Origin: Anaerolinea sp.
Lineage (GTDB): Bacteria > Chloroflexota > Limnocylindria > Limnocylindrales > CSP1-4
Assembly (NCBI GenBank): GCA_013822395.1
Contig: PNKK01000004.1
Coordinates: 33,966 to 97,965, forward strand
Reading direction: 5' to 3'
Length of the DNA: 64,000 nucleotides
In this document: positions 57,281 through 64,000 of the stretch, piece after piece
Numbering within the stretch: the first letter of the stretch is position 1
Layout of the letters: the number at the start of each line of letters is the position of its first letter
Made by a program: the position numbers and the translations under genes
The notes under the pieces: model-generated
Seen by the model: only the letters and a program-made list of their open reading frames with translations
Databases searched by the model: none
What the model was told of the DNA's origin: nothing

Positions 57281-58179
57281 CCGCGGCCTCGCCGGCGGTC
57301 GGGATGGACGGACCCGGAACGGGACGGCGCCTGTGGGCGTTCGCCGACCGCTGGCTGCTCAAGCTGTTCACGATCGGCGCGATCACCTACCTGATGGTCC
57401 CGATCGTGGTGATGATCGTCTTCTCATTCAATGATCCGGTCGGCAAGTTCAACTTCGTGTGGGCGGAGTTCTCGCTCGACGCCTGGGCCAGCCCGCTCAA
57501 CCGGCCGGGACTCGCCGACGCGCTATGGACGTCGATCGTCGTCGCGATCGTCGGGACGTTCATCGCGACGATCCTGGGGACGCTGATCGCGCTGGCGCTC
57601 GTCCGCTACTCCTTCCGCGGGCGCAACGCGACGAACCTGTTCATCTTCATCCCGATGGCCACGCCCGAGATCGTCCTGGGCGCCAGCCTCCTGTCGATCT
57701 TCGTCGCGACCGCCACCCAGGAGCCGTTCAAGTCGATCATTCCACCAGGGATCTTCTACCCGCTGGGGCTGCCGACGATCATCATCGCCCACGTCATGTT
57801 CAACATCAGCTACGTCGTCGTCACCGTGAAGGCCCGGATCCAGGGCTTCCCGCGCCATCTCGAGGAGGCGGCCATGGATCTCGGAGCGAACGAGTGGACG
57901 ACGTTCTGGAAGGTGACATTTCCGCTGATCCGGCCGGGCATCGTCGCCGCGGCGCTGCTCGCCTTCTCGCTTTCGATCGACGACTTCATCGTCACGAACT
58001 TCACGTCCGGGCTGGTCAACACCTTCCCGGTCTGGATCTGGGGCACGATCCGGAACAACCTGCCGCCACAGGTCCACGTCATCGGCACGGCGATCTTCCT
58101 GATCGCGGTGGGCGGCGTGGCGATCTCCACGTGGCTCCAGTCGCGAGGCGGCCGGACCGTCGCGATCAGGCCGCGCTGA
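57277..58179 (+). CDS. ABC permease (PotC-like)
   Basis: ORF 57277..58179(+). ATGA overlap with the upstream gene; EAA loop LEEAAMDLGANEWTTFWKVTFPLI. Confidence 0.85.
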   Translation: MTAASPAVGMDGPGTGRRLWAFADRWLLKLFTIGAITYLMVPIVVMIVFSFNDPVGKFNFVWAEFSLDAWASPLNRPGLADALWTSIVVAIVGTFIATILGTLIALALVRYSFRGRNATNLFIFIPMATPEIVLGASLLSIFVATATQEPFKSIIPPGIFYPLGLPTIIIAHVMFNISYVVVTVKARIQGFPRHLEEAAMDLGANEWTTFWKVTFPLIRPGIVAAALLAFSLSIDDFIVTNFTSGLVNTFPVWIWGTIRNNLPPQVHVIGTAIFLIAVGGVAISTWLQSRGGRTVAIRPR

Positions 58180-58222
58180 CCATGGAACGAGCCCGCCCGG
58201 TCACCTCCCAGGAGCGCGAACC

Positions 58223-59548
58223 ATGACCACCCACTCCGACGTCGCGGGCCTCGGAAGCCCGATTCCCGACCACGCCGTCGTGCCTCCAGTATGGGGCCGG
58301 ATCACGAACATCGATGTCGACCGGGGCGAAGGCTCGTGGCTGATCGCCGCGTCGGGAGAGCGGTACCTCGACTACAGCTCCGGGATCGGGGTGACGAACA
58401 CCGGCCACGCCCACCCGAAGGTCGTGGCGGCGATCCAGGCCCAGGCCGCGAAGCTCCTCCACGGCCAGCAGAATATCGTCTACCACGAGCCCGGCCTGCG
58501 CCTGTACGAGCGCCTCGCCGGCCTCCTGCCGGGCGGCCCGTGGGGCGCGTTCCTGTCCAACTCGGGCGCCGAGGCGGTGGAGGCGGCCGTGAAGCTTGCG
58601 CGGGTCGCGACGGGCCGCCCGGTCATCATCAGCTTCCGTGGCGGGTTCCACGGCCGGACGGCCCAGACGATGGCCCTGACGACGGCGAAGGACGTCTACC
58701 GGGCGGCCTTCGAGCCGCTTCCTGGCAGCGTCTACCACACGAAGTTCCCGTACTGCTACCGGGCGGCCGGCGGGCCGCATGCGCCGGACGCGAATTGCAC
58801 CTGCGATTGGGAGGCGGAGCTGGACCTCCTCTTCCACCAGGTCATCTACCCGAACCGGGTCGCGGCGATCATCGTCGAGCCGGTTCAGGGCGAGGGCGGC
58901 TACATCGTCCCGCCGCCGACCTTCCTGCCCCGCCTGCGCGAGATCACTCGGGAGCACGGCATCCTGCTCATCGCGGACGAGGTCCAGACGGGCTTCGGGC
59001 GAACCGGGGAGCTGTTTGCCGTCCGTCACTGGGATGTGGAGCCGGACATCCTCGTCATGGCGAAGGGCATCGCCTCGGGGTTGCCGCTCTCCGGCATCCT
59101 CGCCCGCCGCGAGCTCATCGAGCGCTGGGCGCCCGGGACGCATGGCGGCACGTACGGCGGCAACGTCGTGTCGTGCGCGGCAGCGCTGGCGACGCTCGAC
59201 GTCATCGAGGAGGAGGACCTCGTCGCGAACGCCCGGGCCCGCGGTGGGCAGCTGGCCGGCGGCCTCCGCGAGCTCGCGGCGGACCACCCCTCGATCGGTG
59301 ACGTCCGGGGTCTTGGGTGCATGGTCGCCATGGAATTCGTGAAGCCCGGCGCCGGCGACGGCCGCGTCCCGGACGCGGACCTGACGAAGCGGGTGATCGC
59401 CGAGGCTCTCGGGCGGAAGCTCATCGTCCTGTCGGCGGGCTCGTACGGGAACGTGACCCGGATCATCCCGCCCCTCGTCACGACCAGCGACGAGGTTGAC
59501 CTGGCGCTCTCGCTACTCGAGGATGCGCTGCGGGCCGCCCAGGCCTGA
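58223..59548 (+). CDS. class III PLP-dependent aminotransferase (4-aminobutyrate/putrescine aminotransferase-like)
   Basis: ORF 58223..59548(+). Motifs SGIGVTNTGHAHP, NSGAEAVEAAVKLAR, LIADEVQTGFGRTG, and a MAKGIASG lysine context. Confidence 0.9.
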   Translation: MTTHSDVAGLGSPIPDHAVVPPVWGRITNIDVDRGEGSWLIAASGERYLDYSSGIGVTNTGHAHPKVVAAIQAQAAKLLHGQQNIVYHEPGLRLYERLAGLLPGGPWGAFLSNSGAEAVEAAVKLARVATGRPVIISFRGGFHGRTAQTMALTTAKDVYRAAFEPLPGSVYHTKFPYCYRAAGGPHAPDANCTCDWEAELDLLFHQVIYPNRVAAIIVEPVQGEGGYIVPPPTFLPRLREITREHGILLIADEVQTGFGRTGELFAVRHWDVEPDILVMAKGIASGLPLSGILARRELIERWAPGTHGGTYGGNVVSCAAALATLDVIEEEDLVANARARGGQLAGGLRELAADHPSIGDVRGLGCMVAMEFVKPGAGDGRVPDADLTKRVIAEALGRKLIVLSAGSYGNVTRIIPPLVTTSDEVDLALSLLEDALRAAQA

Positions 59549-59584
59549 CCAGGGCGGTCGGACGCTTGCCGGGAGGTGTTCTGC

Positions 59585-60214
59585 ATGACAGCCGCGATCG
59601 GGAGCCCGGCCGAGCTGACCGCCGCGCGAGGTCGCGTGGACGGCGTCTTCGACTCGCTCGCACGCATCCGGACGGATGATCTCGGACGGATCGGCTACCC
59701 GGCGGACGGACCTTCGGATTCGCGCGAGGTCGCGGTCGACCTGGCGCTTGCGGCGGCTCGTGACGCCGGCCGGGTCGAGCTGCTCGAGCAGGCCCGGGCC
59801 GAGGCGGTGGAGGTCGTGCTCCGACGCTACGGCGATGCGCTCTACGATCCGACGTGGATGGGCCTGAACTGGGGGCGGTCGCCCGGCCGGTCGAGCGACC
59901 GGGCTGCCGTCGCGGCCGCCGTCCGGGACGCGGCGACCGCCGCGGTCGTGGAGGATCTCGTCTCCGACGCCGTCCTTGACGAGCTCCGCGGGCGATTCGA
60001 TCTCCTCGTCGCATCGGGGACCCCCGGCCCGCCGTCCGGCTCACTCGCCGCCGCCCTCACCCCGAGCAGCGCTCGCGCGCGGTGGGTCGTCGGTGGTCTC
60101 GCTGTCGTGGGCATCGCCGGCTTCGTACTCGGCTCGCCGGGGCTGCTGCTCCTTCCCGCGATCGTCGCCGTCGCGTGGCAGGCGCGTCGGCCCACGCGAC
60201 GCGGGACGCGGTAG
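59585..60214 (+). CDS. hypothetical protein with C-terminal TM anchor
   Basis: ORF 59576..60214(+). ATG 59585 is preferred (GGAGG 8 nt upstream). No family was recognised. Confidence 0.5.
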   Translation: MTAAIGSPAELTAARGRVDGVFDSLARIRTDDLGRIGYPADGPSDSREVAVDLALAAARDAGRVELLEQARAEAVEVVLRRYGDALYDPTWMGLNWGRSPGRSSDRAAVAAAVRDAATAAVVEDLVSDAVLDELRGRFDLLVASGTPGPPSGSLAAALTPSSARARWVVGGLAVVGIAGFVLGSPGLLLLPAIVAVAWQARRPTRRGTR

Positions 60215-60249
60215 CCGCCCGAGGGCCGATCGGATATCTTGCCCGCTCC

Positions 60250-60699
60250 ATGAACGCTGCGCCCGACCCGATCGAGCGGCTGCCGGCGGCGGCGCGCAAC
60301 CGACTCGACCGCTTTGCCGAGGCGTTCCAGCAGCTGGACAGCAACTTCTACGGCGCGTTTGCCGCCGCCTCGCACGACCCGGACGAACGGCTGGCGGCGC
60401 TGGACCGGGTCCAGGAGCTCATCGGGCGCGGCGCACGGCGCGAGGGCGTCCTCGCGGCACTGGCCGAGTTCCGGGAATTCGCGGTCAGATCCGCGACAGA
60501 GGCGCTCGGCGGCTACCACTCGGTCCTGCTGACCCGCTCGAATACGTCATCGCCCGAGGAGCGGCTGCGCTTTCTCGCCTCCCTCGAGCTCGCGGTCGTC
60601 ACAGTCATCCTGTGGGACGAGATCGACCCCGACGAGCGCGACGAGCTCCTTGGGCCGTGGGTCCAGATGGCCACCCAGGCGGCCGAGGGTCGGCCCTGA
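60250..60699 (+). CDS. hypothetical helical protein
   Basis: ORF 60082..60699(+) trimmed to ATG 60250. No family was recognised. Confidence 0.45.
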   Translation: MNAAPDPIERLPAAARNRLDRFAEAFQQLDSNFYGAFAAASHDPDERLAALDRVQELIGRGARREGVLAALAEFREFAVRSATEALGGYHSVLLTRSNTSSPEERLRFLASLELAVVTVILWDEIDPDERDELLGPWVQMATQAAEGRP

Positions 60700-60948
60700 C
60701 ACTATACGGCCAATCGGAGGTCGCGCACGACACTCGGGGGCTTGGCCCTCGGGGTTGCTCGGCGCGATCGCCGGACGCGCGTTGCGCAGCCGCGTCGTGA
60801 CGTCGGCCTCGGGCAGGTAGGAGCCCGGCTTCCCATGTACGCCGATCCACTCAATCCCGACGAGCGTGACGCGGTGGCTGACCAGCGAGTCACGCAGGGT
60901 CATCAGGCCCGCGCTCGGGTGCGAGAGCTCCCGCCTCTCACTACCTGC

Positions 60949-61326
60949 TCAACGACGACGAACCGCCAGCTCCAGGAAGAACGAAGCCGACCCTTCCCGG
61001 GGCTCGGCAAGCGCGGCATCGAGCGCGAGGACGAGCCGGCCGACCGTTCCTGGCTGGCCGCGTGGAAACTGCCGGTTCGTGGTGAAGATGAGCCTCGGGC
61101 AGGGCGCGTCCCGCCCGCGCGCGACGGTCTCGAGGCGCCGGAAGTCGGCGACGTTCTCGGTGAGGAGCGCGCGATCATCGGCGATCGCGGCTGCGAACAC
61201 CTCAGCGTCGGGCACACCTTCGAGGTGGTGGTAGTCCGCGTCGTGGACCGAAACGACGTCGTGGCCACGCGCCCGGAGTTGTTCGGCCAGGGTGGCGGGG
61301 TACATCTCGTCGAGCAACAGCCTCAC
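60949..61326 (-). CDS. DUF5615-family PIN-like putative toxin
   Basis: Frame of ORF 60949..61542(-) from GTG 61326: VRLLLDEMYPATLAEQLRARGHDVVSVHD...AEVFAAAIADDRALLTENVADF. GTGA overlap with the upstream gene. Confidence 0.65.
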   Translation of the reverse strand: MRLLLDEMYPATLAEQLRARGHDVVSVHDADYHHLEGVPDAEVFAAAIADDRALLTENVADFRRLETVARGRDAPCPRLIFTTNRQFPRGQPGTVGRLVLALDAALAEPREGSASFFLELAVRRR

Positions 61327-61739
61327 CCGAGGATGCGGCGTTCGCGCTCGAGCGTCCGCTCGAGCCGGTCGGCTTCCTCCTCGATAAGTGCGATGAAGCG
61401 GTCGACGTCGTCGCGGTACTCGGCGTAGTAGCGGACCGCCGTCCGGATCTTCTGCGGGGCCACGCCGATCCGCTCGGCAAGGGCGTCGATGAGCCGCTCG
61501 CCGCGTTCGGGTGCCGTGCGGGCAGCGGCGATCACCTCCCACACGTCGGGCCCGCCGACGACGACCGCGCGTCGCCCGGCCGGGCCGTCCCGGAATGCGA
61601 TGCCGGGGTGCCGGTCGAGCCGCATCCCCTCGTCGATGTACCGCTGGGCGAGGCGGACCAGGGGCTCGCCGCTCTGGGCGCTGCGGGCGCGGAGCGCACG
61701 GAGCGTCTCCGACTCGATCCTGATGGCCTGACTACTCAT
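61323..61739 (-). CDS. DUF433-like putative antitoxin with N-terminal ribbon-helix-helix-like extension
   Basis: ORF 61323..61739(-). The segments HPGIAFRDGPAGRRAVVVGGPDVWEVI and IGVAPQKIRTAVRYYAEYRDDVD fit the DUF433 pattern. The N-terminus IRIESETLRALRARSAQSGEPLVRLAQRYIDEG is RHH-like. Confidence 0.6.
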   Translation of the reverse strand: MSSQAIRIESETLRALRARSAQSGEPLVRLAQRYIDEGMRLDRHPGIAFRDGPAGRRAVVVGGPDVWEVIAAARTAPERGERLIDALAERIGVAPQKIRTAVRYYAEYRDDVDRFIALIEEEADRLERTLERERRILG

Positions 61740-61802
61740 GTAGCGAAGAGTAGTCTTGTCGAGTCAGCGCGTCCAGCACCTGGTTCCGCCAGCCAGCTCC
61801 GC

Positions 61803-64000
61803 GCCGATGGACTTCCGTATTGCGATGGCCGGGTGCAAGTTGGCCAGTCGAGTGTTGGCTCACTGCAGGCACCTCAGAGTTTCAATTCTCACCCGGCGCG
61901 ATGGCCGGGTGCGAGCGTCCAGACGAGGAGCCGACCGCGGCAGCCGGGCGAGTTTCAATCCTCACCCGGCGCTATGGCCGGGTGCGAGGATGGCTGTAGG
62001 TACTGTGCTCGCGCTCGGCCTGTTTCAATCCTCACCCGGCGCGATGGCCGGGTGCGAGCGCCGTCGATCGCGTAGCGCTCGGCCCCGTCCATCTCGTTTC
62101 AATCCTCACCCGGCGCGATGGCCGGGTGCGAGTTCGCCGGCATGTCGGCGGCGCCGGCCGTGATCGGCAGGTTTCAATCCTCACCCGGCGCGATGGCCGG
62201 GTGCGAGGGCGAGGGCGTGATGGTCGCCGAGCCGCTCACTCGGTTTCAATCCTCACCCGGCGCGATGGCCGGGTGCGAGGCTCGCCGCGGTGGGCGATGA
62301 TCCGGAGCGCCTGCCCGTTTCAATCCTCACCCGGCGCGATGGCCGGGTGCGAGTGGTATCGGGACTGGTGGCAGGCCGAGCAGTATATGCCCGGTTTCAA
62401 TCCTCACCCGGCGCGATGGCCGGGTGCGAGGCGCCGGGCAAGCTCGCAGCCTTCCTCCAGTTCCGTTTCAATCCTCACCCGGCGCGATGGCCGGGTGCGA
62501 GGGGTGGCGGCGGCGCGCTCGGGGCGGAGGTCGACGTTTCAATCCTCACCCGGCGCGATGGCCGGGTGCGAGGGGTGGCGGCGGCGCGCTCGGGGCGGAG
62601 GTCGACGTTTCAATCCTCACCCGGCGCGATGGCCGGGTGCGAGCGTGGTGGCCGGCTTCGGCCTGGCAGTGCGATCCGGGCTCGTTTCAATCCTCACCCG
62701 GCGCGATGGCCGGGTGCGAGCTTCGGTGTCGATGAGCTTCTCGGCCGCCGTCCGGATGTTTCAATCCTCACCCGGCGCGATGGCCGGGTGCGAGCCCCAG
62801 GAGCGGGTCGACGCGGCCTTTCCGAACCGGCCGTTTCAATCCTCACCCGGCGCGATGGCCGGGTGCGAGCTCGGGCTGAGGACCCGGGAAAACGTCGTGA
62901 TCGGGTTTCAATCCTCACCCGGCGCGATGGCCGGGTGCGAGCCTCCGACCGAGCGTGGCAGCCGGCGAGCAGCTCGTTTCAATCCTCACCCGGCGCGATG
63001 GCCGGGTGCGAGTCGTGCTGAGAGGCATCTTGAGCCGCGGGACATGACAGTTTCAATCCTCACCCGGCGCGATGGCCGGGTGCGAGACGCGGCCGCGGAC
63101 ATGCTCGCCGGCCTGAGCGCAATTGTTTCAATCCTCACCCGGCGCGATGGCCGGGTGCGAGTGCCGCGGTCGGGGTCGGGACGGCCGGCGGCTATGTCCT
63201 GTTTCAATCCTCACCCGGCGCGATGGCCGGGTGCGAGTCCGACGACGGCCGCGCGCTCGCGTCGATGCTGCATGTTTCAATCCTCACCCGGCGCGATGGC
63301 CGGGTGCGAGCCGTATAACTTCCTCGCCAACGGGTTCGTCGTCCAGTTTCAATCCTCACCCGGCGCGATGGCCGGGTGCGAGGATGAGGTTGGGGTGATC
63401 ATGCCCGCGCGGTTGTGGTTTCAATCCTCACCCGGCGCGATGGCCGGGTGCGAGCGCGAACTGGCCGAGAGCCACGGCCGGGTCGATGCTTGTTTCAATC
63501 CTCACCCGGCGCGATGGCCGGGTGCGAGTCCGGCCTCATCGAGGGATCCGGCCTCCTCGAGGAGTTTCAATCCTCACCCGGCGCGATGGCCGGGTGCGAG
63601 CGTCGTACTGTCCACGACGAACGCAGGGACCCTGCCGATGTTTCAATCCTCACCCGGCGCGATGGCCGGGTGCGAGGCGGCCGGTGTATGGGGTCAGTCT
63701 GGGCGCGCGGCAGAGTTTCAATCCTCACCCGGCGCGATGGCCGGGTGCGAGGCGCGACATCCGGCTTGCTCTCGATGATCCGTTCCGAGTTTCAATCCTC
63801 ACCCGGCGCGATGGCCGGGTGCGAGCGGCGAGCGAGTGGCTCCGCAAGGACAGCCCGCACTAGTTTCAATCCTCACCCGGCGCGATGGCCGGGTGCGAGA
63901 GCGAGGACGACGCCTCCCGGGTGTTCCGCAGCTGGGTTTCAATCCTCACCCGGCGCGATGGCCGGGTGCGAGATCATCGTCCGGACCGCACCAAGGCCAG
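61803..64000 (-). CRISPR. CRISPR array: 29 full 37-bp repeats plus one decayed terminal repeat; continues past the right edge
   Basis: The plus-strand repeat is GTTTCAATCCTCACCCGGCGCGATGGCCGGGTGCGAG.

Repeat starts: 61879, 61952, 62022, 62096, 62171, 62243, 62317, 62394, 62465, 62536, 62607, 62684, 62758, 62833, 62905, 62976, 63050, 63125, 63201, 63274, 63346, 63418, 63492, 63564, 63640, 63715, 63789, 63863, 63936.

Spacers are 33-40 bp.

The repeats starting at 61879 and 61952 each carry one substitution. 61803-61839 keeps only the last 18 nt of the repeat.

The reverse complement of the repeat ends in ATTGAAAC. Together with decay at the left end, this implies minus-strand transcription with the leader beyond 64000. 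Confidence 0.97.

Noticed and set aside
60700-60903. Minus-strand ORF 60547-60903 (MTLRDSLVSHRVTLVGIEWIGVHGKPGSY...) as a third component of the TA module.
   Set aside because: It has no recognisable family and no RBS. Its 3' half overlaps the convergent plus-strand gene 60250-60699. There is insufficient support to call it.
61740-61878. CreTA-like idea: the decayed repeat plus its adjacent spacer (61840-61878) might guide Cas proteins to the promoter of the neighbouring TA genes.
   Set aside because: Only short non-collinear matches (GTCGAGT, GCACCT) exist between that spacer and the 61740-61802 promoter region. These are not distinguishable from chance.
62126-63778. 550-aa ORF and other ORFs (62290-63021, 63486-63863 and others) with reiterated FQSSPGAMAGCE, FNPHPARWPGAS and VSILTRRDGRVR peptides.
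   Set aside because: These peptides are the three reading frames of the 37-bp CRISPR repeat. The ORFs exist only because the repeats and spacers happen to lack stop codons.

Overview
Very GC-rich bacterial chromosomal segment. Gene content looks Actinobacteria- or Chloroflexi-like, but the taxon cannot be determined from this window. It holds about 55 protein genes, mostly on the minus strand and many translationally coupled.

Gene order, left to right:
- partial ABC ATPase, then a standalone DnaB-C-terminal-like ATPase, an M20 peptidase and ftsH
- tRNA-Met, followed by decayed integrase and ISKra4 remnants
- MoxR-DUF58-transglutaminase operon, then ppgK
- a frameshifted IS1182-family element abutting a truncated EAL gene
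- a 10.6-kb co-directional catabolic cluster: hydantoinase/oxoprolinase A+B, ABM-like protein, CUT2-type ABC transporter, proline dehydrogenase, amidohydrolase and GntR
- a transposase remnant
- fhaA-fhaB-rodA-pbpA operon
- a cluster of zinc-ribbon and HTH small genes plus YihY
- an alpha-glucoside locus (GH13, LacI, ABC transporter)
- valS with a T-box leader
- clpX-clpP-tig-tRNA-Leu
- a holin-X-like/DUF3618-like pair, then cinA, an MBL hydrolase and mrp/apbC
- a potABCD-like transporter plus a class III aminotransferase, then two hypotheticals
- a DUF433-like/DUF5615 toxin-antitoxin-type pair
- a CRISPR array of more than 2.1 kb (29 full 37-bp repeats plus one decayed trailer repeat) that runs off the right edge

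No cas genes and no intact prophage are visible in the window.

The most interesting unexplained signals:
1. Five helically phased TTGCA-N5-TGCAA palindromes, plus nested direct repeats, in the 630-bp tRNA-Leu/tig spacer.
2. Five tandem LexA-box-like 12-mers upstream of cinA.
3. The toxin-antitoxin-type pair sitting directly downstream of, and co-oriented with, the CRISPR trailer.
4. An uncharacterised hydantoinase/PRODH/amidohydrolase catabolic cluster with a 27-bp palindromic operator candidate.
5. A high density of perfect short tandem repeats, both coding and intergenic.

All functional calls come from reading the translated motifs by eye. No database search was possible.
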